In this document: piece by piece, positions 1 through 9,174 of the stretch | How positions within the stretch are numbered: the stretch's first letter is position 1 | Layout of the letters: every line of letters starts with the position of its first letter | Assembly (NCBI GenBank): GCA_964631415.1 | Contig: CAZVZC010000022.1 | Coordinates: forward strand, 1-34,649 | Length of the DNA: 34,649 nt | From: an uncultured archaeon | GTDB taxonomy: Archaea > Asgardarchaeota > Thorarchaeia > Thorarchaeales > Thorarchaeaceae | Direction of reading: 5' to 3' | The notes under the pieces: generated by a model | The model's database searches: none | Seen by the model: the letters and a program-made list of their open reading frames with translations, nothing else | What the model was told of the DNA's origin: nothing | Program-made: the position numbers and the translations under genes

Positions 1-462
1 ATCAGTGAACGCGACATGCCGAAAGTGAGAGCGCAGAAGATAGGCTTCGTGTTTCAGTCGTTCCTACTGATAGAAGACCTGACAGCCTACGAGAACATCG
101 AGGCCGTCCTCTGGCCAAGCATAGATTTGAGGAAGGAGAAACAGGAGGCCATGGCGCTTGAGGTCTTACGAGAGGTTGACATGCTTGAGCGCAAGGACCA
201 CTTCCCTCGACAGATGAGCGGTGGAGAACAGCAGAGGACAGCCATTGCCAGAGCACTCGTCAACAATCCCCCTATACTCTTCTGTGACGAACCTACAGGC
301 AACTTGGACTCAAAGACAGGCGAATCCGTCTTGAAGATCATTGCGGGCCTAAACAAGGACAGGAAGATGACAGTCGTGCTCGTGACCCACAACGAGGAAC
401 TGGTGAAGTATGCCAAGCGCGTGCTTCGCATGAAAGACGGAGCGATCGTTTCAGATAAGTAA
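1..462 (+). CDS. ABC transporter ATP-binding protein (LolD/MacB-type), 5' truncated by window edge
   Basis: Frame is open from base 1. Q-loop IGFVFQSF, signature MSGGEQQRTAIARAL, Walker B ILFCDEPTGNLD and H-loop VTHN are present; Walker A lies outside the window. Confidence 0.92.
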   Translation: MSERDMPKVRAQKIGFVFQSFLLIEDLTAYENIEAVLWPSIDLRKEKQEAMALEVLREVDMLERKDHFPRQMSGGEQQRTAIARALVNNPPILFCDEPTGNLDSKTGESVLKIIAGLNKDRKMTVVLVTHNEELVKYAKRVLRMKDGAIVSDK

Positions 463-563
463 GAACAATCCTCTATGTATCCATGCATGGTTGCCGACAT
501 CCATGCTGTGGGTCCCGATAGAACTCGCCTAGCAACTCAGTTGTTCCTGGAGAAGAACCTTAC

Positions 564-1394
564 ATGCCTAGCTCAGAGTGCCAAGAGTCCGAGACCTTGG
601 CCGAAACAATGGCCGATAATGGATTGAACGAAGAGGCCATGTACGGGTTCGTTCAAGCTGCAGAATGCTGGGACAGATGGGAGTCGTTTTCGAAAGCTGC
701 GAAGTGCTACGAACGTGCATACGAACACGCCATGCTGTGTCATCACTATAGAAGCGCCGCCGAGATCATGATGAACGCGGCCTGGGCATGGGTGAAACAG
801 GGTGAATACGAGAGATTCGAACTGAACTGTCAGGTTGCATCCGACGCTTACCTAATGGCGGCCGGTGAAGAGAAAGACCCGTTGCGCTTGGTGGATGGTG
901 CCTTCTGCTCAGTGCTAGGAGGCGACCTTGACATGGCGAAACGGCTCATCCACGGCGCGTCTGAAACCACGAAGGGTCAAGCAAAGGAACTCATCAATCT
1001 GGTCCTCATGCTGACCGAGTATGCATTTGGGAAAGCCGATGGATATGTGCGGGACGTGCTCGCTGGGCTGCTTGAGCCTACTGAATTCACCAAAGTGCAC
1101 AGGACCGTGTTCCTTGTGCTGACCGGATTCATTCGCACTTCGCTGGAATCAGAGGCGGCAGTGACAGTAGCCAGCTTGGCTGAGAGCACAGGGCTTGACA
1201 GGAAAAGACTGAAGGGTCTCGTGAGAAGGGCGATAGACGAAGGACTGCTACCGGCCACATTTGATGAGGAAACTGAGGAACTTGTGATTGACGCCAGTAG
1301 ATATGACCCTGAGAGCCTCGCTCTAAGGAAGGGACCGATACTCAGTAGAGACCTTAAGGATCCCGGTGCATGGGACACGGACCTTGACGAGTGA
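564..1394 (+). CDS. SNAP/TPR-like helical repeat protein with C-terminal PCI-like winged-helix domain
   Basis: N-terminal Ala/aromatic helical repeats (AAECWDRWESFSKAAKCYERA). C-terminal VTVASLAESTGLDRKRLKGLVRRAIDEGLLPATFDEETEELVI fits the PCI winged-helix pattern. Confidence 0.7.
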   Translation: MPSSECQESETLAETMADNGLNEEAMYGFVQAAECWDRWESFSKAAKCYERAYEHAMLCHHYRSAAEIMMNAAWAWVKQGEYERFELNCQVASDAYLMAAGEEKDPLRLVDGAFCSVLGGDLDMAKRLIHGASETTKGQAKELINLVLMLTEYAFGKADGYVRDVLAGLLEPTEFTKVHRTVFLVLTGFIRTSLESEAAVTVASLAESTGLDRKRLKGLVRRAIDEGLLPATFDEETEELVIDASRYDPESLALRKGPILSRDLKDPGAWDTDLDE

Positions 1395-1532
1395 CCTCTT
1401 GTGTCTTCTTGATACTTGAAACAATGGCGCCTAGCCCAATGTTACATCCAAGCGTATTCAGCAGACACACCAGATACGTCATCTGGCATCCTGATGGCAC
1501 CAGAGGAACTGACTCAGTGCAACTGTTGACGA

Positions 1533-1546
1533 GAAAACGTTTTTAG
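1533..1546 (+). promoter_or_regulatory. putative archaeal BRE/TATA promoter
   Basis: GAAAACGTTTTTAG about 55 nt upstream of ATG 1601. Confidence 0.35.
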
Positions 1547-1600
1547 TCTGATTGTTGATTGAGGCAGCTGGCTCGGCTCGGCGGAACATGGGTGTTATCG

Positions 1601-1816
1601 ATGACGGATGGCCTGAAGTGGCTGCAATGCCCGGTATGTAAGGCAACAATCTACTGGAGGATTCCAGAGAATGCCTTCAAAGAGGCCAAGCGATTCCCTA
1701 CGCCCGTCATCATCAAGCATGAAGACCATTATGTGGTCTGTTATGTCGATAGCCACTATCAAGTAGCAGACACAGAGATCGCAAGTGCATTTCTAGAGGC
1801 TGAAACCAAGGAGTAG
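1601..1816 (+). CDS. small putative Zn-binding protein (CxxC...HxxH)
   Basis: MTDGLKWLQCPVCK...FPTPVIIKHEDHYVVCYVD. ATG 1601 is preferred over TTG 1559. Confidence 0.7.
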   Translation: MTDGLKWLQCPVCKATIYWRIPENAFKEAKRFPTPVIIKHEDHYVVCYVDSHYQVADTEIASAFLEAETKE

Positions 1817-1866
1817 TCATGCAGTACCGCGGCCGCTGCGCACTCCCGACAATCACTCAGAACACA

Positions 1867-2442
1867 CTATTTCTCTGTCTTGACGTCGAGTCCGTTGTCG
1901 AGCGCCCACTCAAGGACACGAGATGCCTGTGCACTCGCCATCCCCCACGTTCTGAGATTCGTGATGAGGTCTCTGATCCCTGATATCCAGTCTCGCAGAA
2001 GGTCCTTGATTCGAAGCGCTATTCCGATGTCAGTCTTGTCGTCGAGAATGGGAACGAGCTTCGCTGCAAGACTCTGTGACAGGACCAGAATGGTTTCAAG
2101 TCGGGCAATCCACTCTTCGCGAGGCAGACCAGTCAGTGTCTGTGCGACGGCCAAGTGATAGTCATATTGTGCCGTGTAATATCGAAGCCGCCAGCTTAGC
2201 ACTTCCACCAGCAGAGTCTTGTGAGCAGTGCTAGGAGAGGTCTTGAGAAGCAAGCCTAGGAATCTTTCGAACATCTCATCCGCCGACTGACTGGCATCAT
2301 AGTACAGGGCCATGGCTTGCTGATACTCACCATCATTCAGCGAGGAGTCTGCATCTTGAATCGACCTCTGGAATCTCTCTAGGACCGCCCTTGTGGAGGC
2401 AGTTTCTTCCCGGGTCAAGTCAACACTCTCGCTGTTGTTCAA
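1867..2442 (-). CDS. hypothetical all-helical protein (MIT/TPR-like N-terminal motif)
   Basis: 191-aa ORF with GGTGAGGA RBS upstream of the TTG start; amphipathic helices; DGEYQQAMALYY motif. Confidence 0.7.
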   Translation of the reverse strand: MNNSESVDLTREETASTRAVLERFQRSIQDADSSLNDGEYQQAMALYYDASQSADEMFERFLGLLLKTSPSTAHKTLLVEVLSWRLRYYTAQYDYHLAVAQTLTGLPREEWIARLETILVLSQSLAAKLVPILDDKTDIGIALRIKDLLRDWISGIRDLITNLRTWGMASAQASRVLEWALDNGLDVKTEK

Positions 2443-2744
2443 GTGTCCTCACCTTTTGCACGGTGCTACTAGGTGCGACACTCTGTTGATTCTCATTGGC
2501 GCACTCCCAATCGGTTCTTCAACCTTCCCTCGTCTGTCTTCTAATGAACCATTCTCCTGCACACTGCCGACCGAACCTGAAAAAGCGGTTCCGGTCCTCC
2601 GACGGAACGGAAAGCAATCACGGATTAGAGCCTGTTCCTGCTCGGGTGCAGATCCGTATCTGGAGTTAACTACCCGCGAACGCCCTAAAACATGTCTCTG
2701 ATGTCCTCTGAACATCGACTTGTCGCTTCCATCCTGCTTCCTGC

Positions 2745-3722
2745 CTAATCCAGTGGAGGTTTGTTCTGCTCTTTGTAGTCATCTTCTTCTTCAGCCCACT
2801 TCATGAACTCCTCGCTCGGCGGCATATCTGAATACATGGACTCTCGATTGGCCTCCAGACAACTCACCTCAACACCTGCGAGCTCGGCCATCGTCATGAC
2901 TCTGTTGCCTGCTCTTGCAGCCGCACTCATGACCGGACTGAGCCAAGCCTGCCATTCAGAGGAACGCATCAGGTGATGGTCAACTACTAGCAGAGGGAAT
3001 AGCGGTGCCATCACAGCAAGTGAGTACAGCGCCGCCTGACGATGGGATTCCTCGAACCGGTCCAGATATAGCGGTGGCCCCCCAACCAGAGCCACATCTG
3101 GTTTCACGGAGATGCAGTAGGATAGAGACTCTCGGTCAACCGGCCCTTGAACGTCGGGAGCAAAGAGAACCTGTCGACCCCTATGAGCCACTCTGGTAGC
3201 AATGACATATCCGAGCTCTGACGCACTAGGTCCATGTGGCAGTGGTCTGGAGTAAGAAACTGTCGTCTGTCCGAATGAGTAGCTCTGTCCATCGGCCCAC
3301 CGAATCTCATCGACAATGTCGCCCACGTCCTTCTGGAAGTAGAAGCCCCGTCTTCTCTGGGACGCGTTTATGTTCTCACGATTGTCCTTTGCGAGAACAA
3401 TCTTCCCCTCAAACATGCGTTGTAGTTCCTCACGTGAACTGAAGTTATACCTGAAGTTGGTGAAACCCGGACGAACGTGATCGTAATGATAGTGGCTGAT
3501 CGAGATAACATCAGCCTTCCTTGCCGCAACGAAGATTGACTGTAATGAGGTCTCCAACCTACGATACTCGGCAGGATGAGGCTCAAGCCCGTACCTCATC
3601 GATAGGGCAGCAGATGGGTCGAGGACCATGGAAACATCGGGTGTGCTCAGCCTCAGGCACATAGACCTGACACCCATGCTCTCAGCTGCCAACGGCTCTA
3701 TCTCAATGTCTCCGACTATCAC
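2745..3722 (-). CDS. metallo-beta-lactamase-fold hydrolase, UPF0282 family
   Basis: LAAESMGVRSM, ISHYHYDH, HG, DVQGP, GGPP and VDHHLMR motifs; 4-nt overlap with the NUDIX gene. Confidence 0.88.
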   Translation of the reverse strand: MIVGDIEIEPLAAESMGVRSMCLRLSTPDVSMVLDPSAALSMRYGLEPHPAEYRRLETSLQSIFVAARKADVISISHYHYDHVRPGFTNFRYNFSSREELQRMFEGKIVLAKDNRENINASQRRRGFYFQKDVGDIVDEIRWADGQSYSFGQTTVSYSRPLPHGPSASELGYVIATRVAHRGRQVLFAPDVQGPVDRESLSYCISVKPDVALVGGPPLYLDRFEESHRQAALYSLAVMAPLFPLLVVDHHLMRSSEWQAWLSPVMSAAARAGNRVMTMAELAGVEVSCLEANRESMYSDMPPSEEFMKWAEEEDDYKEQNKPPLD

Positions 3723-4210
3723 TGTCTTGACTCCCTAAAGTAAACAAGCCTGTAGCCATTATCCCGGACCATCTCGGCCTCGCAAAGGGTAGCGCACTTG
3801 GTCTTGGACTTGAAATGGCGGAACATGCACAGGTCCGATGGCAGAAAGACATCACGCTCTTGCTCAATCTGCTCCTCATTGAACAACGAAAGGTCGCCCT
3901 CGATGCTCTTGGGCTCGTATCGGTCCACTTCAGCAAATCCCACGAAGATGAGAAAATGCGACAGGAGAGACCCGTTGGCGTCAACCAGTCGTTCTGAAAC
4001 GATTCCTCTGTGCTGTTGATGGTTCAGACTACTGGCCCCTGTTTCTTCCATGACCTCTCGTGATGCAGCTGTGCCTATATGCTCCCCCGGTTTGACTTTG
4101 CCACCTATGAGGCTCCATAACCCCTCATAAGGTGCTCGAGCACGCTTAAGAAACAGATATTGACCTTTGCAGCGAAGGATAGTTATTGCGATTGGCAGGA
4201 CGACGCTCAT
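3719..4210 (-). CDS. NUDIX hydrolase
   Basis: Nudix box GGKVKPGEHIGTAASREVMEETG. Confidence 0.92.
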   Translation of the reverse strand: MSVVLPIAITILRCKGQYLFLKRARAPYEGLWSLIGGKVKPGEHIGTAASREVMEETGASSLNHQQHRGIVSERLVDANGSLLSHFLIFVGFAEVDRYEPKSIEGDLSLFNEEQIEQERDVFLPSDLCMFRHFKSKTKCATLCEAEMVRDNGYRLVYFRESRQ

Positions 4211-4346
4211 CTTCGTTTACCTCGCACAACAGGCAGCTAATACTCGCATCCTGCTGTCTGAGGAACCAGTCTTTAAACGTAAGGACTCACGGCAGGAAGC
4301 GAAGATTCTTAGCGGTTTCGACGCTGTTGTTGACGAGGTCTGACGC

Positions 4347-5837
4347 TTGGGCGAACTGCTGGTCCCACACGTTAGGGACAAGATCCTAGCAAGGATAACA
4401 CCAACGCCAGATGAGATACGGAACCAGCAACAAGTGACTGATGATCTCGTAGAGGCGTTAAAGCGTCGAGCGAAGACCATTGAGCAGTCGTATTCCTTCG
4501 TTGAGCCCCAAGGATCGACGGGCAAGAAACAGACACAGTTGCGCGGAGCTGCGGACATAGACCTATTCGTAGCTCTGAAGCCAGAGGACTACTCCGAACT
4601 CTTGGCGCAGCCCTCAAGGGAGAAACATCATTTCTTGGAGGACACACTCGACACGCTCGTGGACAAATGGTTCATTCCTGCAGCAAAAGGGCTTCGTGTC
4701 AGAAAGATGCGAAAGACCTACTCTCAGCATCCGTTCTTGTCCCTCGAAATGGGAGGAATCGACATAGACATCATAGCTTGCTTCGATTTGTCTGCTCACA
4801 CTCTTTTGCAGAATGGACCAATCACAGCAGTTGACAGAACCATCCACCATACGAAATATGTCGTTGAGCACCTAAACGACATGATAAGGGAGGACGTGCG
4901 CATACTGAAATCGTTCGTGAGGGCAAGCCACGCCTACGGCGACACTTCAGCTGTCGGGAGGACGGGCTTTACTGGCTATGCACTCGAATTGGCTGTCATA
5001 TTCGGCCGAGATCTCGGCTCGGCCTTGGACTCTATCCGCAGACTTGAGGTAGCTCCCTTAGACCCACTGGGAAGGCCTCTTGCCGAACTGCGTGCGATGC
5101 CCGCGTTCAAAGACGACCACGTCTTCATTATAGATCCAACCGATCCCCGGAGGAATGTGGCTTCCTCGTTCCCTCCAAGGACATGCAAGTGGCTGTCCTT
5201 TCGCATCGATGAGCTTCTCGCCGCGGTGAGGGACAACGCCGACGAAAGAGCGGTTGACCTTCTCACAGAAACCCCTATTCCAGTTGAACCCCTGCCGAAT
5301 TGGCTATCGCCGCATGCAATGGCATTTGAGTTTGTATCCGATGGTTCGGTACACTATACAGTCCTCAGGGACAAGCTCAACAGGACAGCAGGCAACATAG
5401 TCACTTCGCTCGAGAGAGAGAGGACCGGCGAGAGAAGGTTTGGAAGAGCATTGGCTGAGGTCTACTTCGAGAGGAGCAGGTTCGCCCTAGGAGTGCTTGT
5501 TGAGAGCCCGAGGATATCAGCGACATACCCCAGGAAAGGGCCGCCCAAGAATCTCGAGGGCCCAAGTCTAGAATTCATGAAAAGCCACCCAGAGGCTTAC
5601 GAAAGGGATGATCACCTTTGGGTTGATGAGCCGAGGAGCTGGACATCAGCAGCTGAGTTCTGCCGTGCGATGATCGAAGCAAGCCCAATACAGGGTCTCG
5701 CTCCAGCCAAACGCAGGAGTGCGGTTTCTGCTAGGACTCTCAATGCTCTGTACAGATATATCCTCCCTCTTGAAACGGGGTTTCGTCTGGAAGGAGAAGA
5801 AGGGTTTAAGGGGTCCGACAGTGGACTCTCCCTGTGA
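4347..5837 (+). CDS. cca: CCA-adding tRNA nucleotidyltransferase (archaeal class I)
   Basis: GS..KQTQLRGAADIDLF, HPF, AVDRTIHH, VRILKSF, YG...GFTGYALEL and IIDPTDPRRNVAS motifs. Confidence 0.93.
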   Translation: MGELLVPHVRDKILARITPTPDEIRNQQQVTDDLVEALKRRAKTIEQSYSFVEPQGSTGKKQTQLRGAADIDLFVALKPEDYSELLAQPSREKHHFLEDTLDTLVDKWFIPAAKGLRVRKMRKTYSQHPFLSLEMGGIDIDIIACFDLSAHTLLQNGPITAVDRTIHHTKYVVEHLNDMIREDVRILKSFVRASHAYGDTSAVGRTGFTGYALELAVIFGRDLGSALDSIRRLEVAPLDPLGRPLAELRAMPAFKDDHVFIIDPTDPRRNVASSFPPRTCKWLSFRIDELLAAVRDNADERAVDLLTETPIPVEPLPNWLSPHAMAFEFVSDGSVHYTVLRDKLNRTAGNIVTSLERERTGERRFGRALAEVYFERSRFALGVLVESPRISATYPRKGPPKNLEGPSLEFMKSHPEAYERDDHLWVDEPRSWTSAAEFCRAMIEASPIQGLAPAKRRSAVSARTLNALYRYILPLETGFRLEGEEGFKGSDSGLSL

Positions 5838-5843
5838 CCACCA

Positions 5844-6917
5844 GTGCCCGATAGCAGGATTGCACTAATCACACACCCCAAGTCACGTGCCCATAAGATG
5901 CCGTTTCCCAGGCCTAACATCGAATCATTCGAGAGCCCCTTGAGGATTCAGATGGCAGAGGCCTATCTGAAGGACCGCGGATTTATGGATCGGCTGATGC
6001 AGGTCAAAGCACCCCGAGCAATGGAAGAGACAGTCCTGCTTGCCCACAGCTCATACGTCCTGGACTCAGTGAAGCTGATGTCCGAGATTGGAAGGGGGCA
6101 GTTGGGTGAGTCTTCCTATTCAAGCCCAGAGCTCTTTGCATCCGCACTACTAGCCGCAGGCGGTGCTCAGCGGTCAGTAGAACTCGTCGTGAAAGGAGAT
6201 GCACCTCACGCCTTCTCGTTGATGCGACCCCCTGGGCACCATGCGTCAACGTCAACGCCGTCAGGTCTCTGTTACTTCAACAATGTAGCCATTGCAGTCA
6301 AGTACGCCATGGAAAGACTTGGGGTGACGCGTGTCTCCATACTCGACTTCGACGACCACTTCGGAAACGGGACAGCTGAGATCTTCTACAGCAGCCCTGA
6401 CGTGCAATATGTTTCCATACATGAGTACGACTACGAGGAGTATGGACTCGGCCACTACATGGAGGTCGGTCACGGAAAAGCAGCAGGCACGAAGGTCAAC
6501 ATCCCACTTCTGGAGATGTCGCCAGATGCCTCATACAAGACTGCCATCGATAGAGTAGTAGTACCTGCCATCAACAGGTTCAGACCGGGTTTGATTGCAG
6601 TTTCCGCCGGCTACGACGCACACTTCGCCGACCCAGTGGGCAACATGGACGTCACGACCAAGACATTCTGGTATCTTGGAAAGACAGTTGCACAGCTGGC
6701 GGAAAAACTGGGATGCCCCGGATCATCTTGGGCACTTGAGGGTGGCTACAATCCAATGGTCATTGGGCCCTGCATTGAAGCGAGTCTTGAGGGGCTGGCC
6801 GGAAACCCAATGCCCAGACTCAATGACCAAGCCGAGCGCAAGACAGATGGAACCATCATAGAAGCCAACGAGAGAATAATCGACCAAGTACTCGAAGCAC
6901 TCGATCCATACTGGTGA
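5844..6917 (+). CDS. histone deacetylase family (Zn-dependent lysine/polyamine deacylase)
   Basis: RPPGHHA, GLCYFNN, DFDDHFGNGT, SAGYDAH and LEGGY catalytic motifs are intact. Confidence 0.93.
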   Translation: MPDSRIALITHPKSRAHKMPFPRPNIESFESPLRIQMAEAYLKDRGFMDRLMQVKAPRAMEETVLLAHSSYVLDSVKLMSEIGRGQLGESSYSSPELFASALLAAGGAQRSVELVVKGDAPHAFSLMRPPGHHASTSTPSGLCYFNNVAIAVKYAMERLGVTRVSILDFDDHFGNGTAEIFYSSPDVQYVSIHEYDYEEYGLGHYMEVGHGKAAGTKVNIPLLEMSPDASYKTAIDRVVVPAINRFRPGLIAVSAGYDAHFADPVGNMDVTTKTFWYLGKTVAQLAEKLGCPGSSWALEGGYNPMVIGPCIEASLEGLAGNPMPRLNDQAERKTDGTIIEANERIIDQVLEALDPYW

Positions 6918-6962
6918 GGATTGAAGAGTGACTCATAGCTGCCATGCGTGACATGCACAAGG

Positions 6963-6969
6963 TTTTAAG
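6963..6969 (+). promoter_or_regulatory. putative TATA box for rps26e
   Basis: TTTTAAG about 47 nt upstream of GTG 7016; GGTGG RBS before the start. Confidence 0.4.
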
Positions 6970-7015
6970 GTGACTCGGGAAGACCGACTTAGAATCTCTC
7001 ATTGGTGGAGCAATA

Positions 7016-7300
7016 GTGCCAAAGAAAAGAAAGTCCGGCGGTCGCCATCAGGGTGGCCATGGAGCCTCACATAATGTGCAGTGCTCCAAGTGTGGGCGTC
7101 TGGTCCCTGCTGACAAGGCCAAGAAGTTCACAAAACGGGTTTCTTCCGTTGACCCACAGCTGGCTCGAGAGCTGAGACAGCAGGGCAGCTTCATCCAGAC
7201 GCGACAGCTGACAAGCTACTACTGCATTAGCTGTGCTATTCATACTGGCAAGCTACAGATCAGGCAGCACAGCGAGAGAAGGGACCTACCCGGACACTAG
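7016..7300 (+). CDS. rps26e: 30S ribosomal protein eS26
   Basis: MPKKRKSGGR...VQCSKCGRLVPADKAKK...YYCISCAIH. Confidence 0.96.
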   Translation: MPKKRKSGGRHQGGHGASHNVQCSKCGRLVPADKAKKFTKRVSSVDPQLARELRQQGSFIQTRQLTSYYCISCAIHTGKLQIRQHSERRDLPGH

Positions 7301-7367
7301 AATGCCATTCAAGATGCATCGCTCTGGGTTCGAATAGTATAGGCCCACCAACCAGAGGGCGCCATGA

Positions 7368-7961
7368 ATGACAAAAAGGAGGCACACTCTGAGATTCTTG
7401 CAGTTGATGCCAAACACTCCTACCAATGGTAACTTCCTTCTCAGAGACCTTCCGGGATCAGGAAAGAGAATTGACATCCTATGTCGGGACGCGGCAGCCT
7501 GTTTCGACTGGGGTCCTGTGTCATGGCCCAAGTCATGTCTCGAACTCGTGGGCATTCTGTCCGATGCGGCCACATTGACATTCCAGTATCCAGGCACATC
7601 GATTCCGAAAGGAGAAACTGAATGGGCACACGTCATGCTCGACTCACTCACAGGGAGACCACCCGTCTTTGTGCATGTGTCTGAAGGCGGAGCCGAGCAA
7701 TCAGTCAGGCAGCTCATGAGCATATCGGGGTCTCAAGTGTGGCTCTTGGATCGTGGTGGAGTACCCTTGGCGGACCTCGTGGATGCAATGGGACCTGCTC
7801 AGAACAGTTTTATGCTTGGAGACCATCGAGGCATAGACCAAAAGACTCGCCAGCTAGCCAACGAATGTGGGGTCTGTAGCGTTTCAGTGGGAAACACGAG
7901 CTACCTGAGTAGCCATTGCGTGGCTGCTGTGATATCCGAGTTCGAAAGGTTGGGACTGTAA
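7368..7961 (+). CDS. trmY: tRNA (pseudouridine54-N1)-methyltransferase, SPOUT
   Basis: NFLLRDLPGSGKRIDILCR, FMLGDHRG and SVGNTSYLSSHC motifs. Confidence 0.82.
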   Translation: MTKRRHTLRFLQLMPNTPTNGNFLLRDLPGSGKRIDILCRDAAACFDWGPVSWPKSCLELVGILSDAATLTFQYPGTSIPKGETEWAHVMLDSLTGRPPVFVHVSEGGAEQSVRQLMSISGSQVWLLDRGGVPLADLVDAMGPAQNSFMLGDHRGIDQKTRQLANECGVCSVSVGNTSYLSSHCVAAVISEFERLGL

Positions 7962-8320
7962 TGCCACGAGTGTTGCGTTCCGAATCATCACAGAAGCCTA
8001 AAGCTGTCACTAGGCTTGTCAACAAGCTGACGAAGGAGATGCTATGGATCTACATCCTGCGGCTCCTGCAGGAAAGACCTCACTATGGCTATGAGCTTAA
8101 AGAACTGGTCACCCGCAAGTTCGACTTCTCCCCCGCGACTGTCAGCGGATATGCGATCATCTACCGTCTCATAAAGGACGGACTGATAGTGGAGTCGGAG
8201 GGAGATAACTCACCTAGGAAGTACTACAGCATCACAGACAAGGGACGCGCGGCAATGACTGATGCCAAGAAGTTCCTCAGCGAAACCATAGAACTCGTTT
8301 TTGACATGACCCCTTCATGA
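7961..8320 (+). CDS. PadR family transcriptional regulator
   Basis: ILRLLQERPHYGYEL...YRLIKDGLI...RKYYSITDKG. ATG overlaps the trmY stop (TAATG), so the start is placed at 7961. Confidence 0.92.
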   Translation: MPRVLRSESSQKPKAVTRLVNKLTKEMLWIYILRLLQERPHYGYELKELVTRKFDFSPATVSGYAIIYRLIKDGLIVESEGDNSPRKYYSITDKGRAAMTDAKKFLSETIELVFDMTPS

Positions 8321-8346
8321 GATACCTTCTGTTGTTGTAGGCACCA

Positions 8347-9087
8347 TCATCCCGCAGGAGGGTTGCCCTGCTCAGATGCTCTGATGACCTTCCGAGCATA
8401 TGCAAGCCTCTGGACAACCGTGATATGCGAAAGGACTCCGACAATCACCATGACAAGAGTGAGGATGTTTGTCACCTCGATAGATACGAACACCTGCGTC
8501 ACGCTGTCTGGCAGAAAGCCAAGCAGATACATCCACACGTTTGCGGGTGGCAACGCTATCAAGAGCACTCCGGCAATAATCAACATCAGCTTCTCCTGAC
8601 GCTCTGCGATGCCAACAGCACAGCTCTTCATTCCACCGACAGACTCTGCCTTTGCACGGGTGAAACTAGCCATCACCATGCCAAACAGAGCGAACACCCC
8701 CCAGAACCAAGGTACGAACCTATCTCCGGGCGCCAGCGGCCACCATGGGATTGAAACCGCGCCGGCAGGCCCCATCATCAGTCCTAAGATGAACAAGAAC
8801 TCGGCATATCGGTCCAAGGTGTGATCTAGAGTGGCACCGAACTTCGATGTCATATTAGCCGCTCTGGCCACAGCGCCATCAAACATGTCCATCACAATGG
8901 CAAACACCATCAGACCAAGACCGATCAGGAGTTCCCCGAGATAGAAGAAACATGCGCTCAACAGGGCCACCAGAAGTGACAGTACCGTTATTGCGTTAGG
9001 CGTGATGCCGGTCTTGGCGAGCTTCCTGCCCACTGGCATCATCATCCGTTGATAGCGTTCTCGAAGCTTACCTAGCATTGGTAGCAC
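8347..9087 (-). CDS. CDP-alcohol phosphatidyltransferase (archaetidylinositol/archaetidylglycerol phosphate synthase-like)
   Basis: TPNAIT and signature DMFDGAVARAANMTSKFGATLDHTLD; SFTRAKAES; multiple TM helices. Confidence 0.92.
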   Translation of the reverse strand: MLPMLGKLRERYQRMMMPVGRKLAKTGITPNAITVLSLLVALLSACFFYLGELLIGLGLMVFAIVMDMFDGAVARAANMTSKFGATLDHTLDRYAEFLFILGLMMGPAGAVSIPWWPLAPGDRFVPWFWGVFALFGMVMASFTRAKAESVGGMKSCAVGIAERQEKLMLIIAGVLLIALPPANVWMYLLGFLPDSVTQVFVSIEVTNILTLVMVIVGVLSHITVVQRLAYARKVIRASEQGNPPAG

Positions 9088-9174
9088 CCGCCCAGACCCC
9101 GGGACGCCGGGTCGGCCGAACCTTCCTCTAATAAAGGTGTTGAGATGGTCTCAGAATCCGAGAGAGGTCTTCCA

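Noticed and set aside
2443-2744. 300-nt gap with short ORFs and a small hairpin (GTTCC...GGAAC)
   Set aside because: The ORFs lack an RBS or motifs, and no recognisable SRP, RNase P, tRNA or C/D pattern is present; an unknown ncRNA cannot be excluded.
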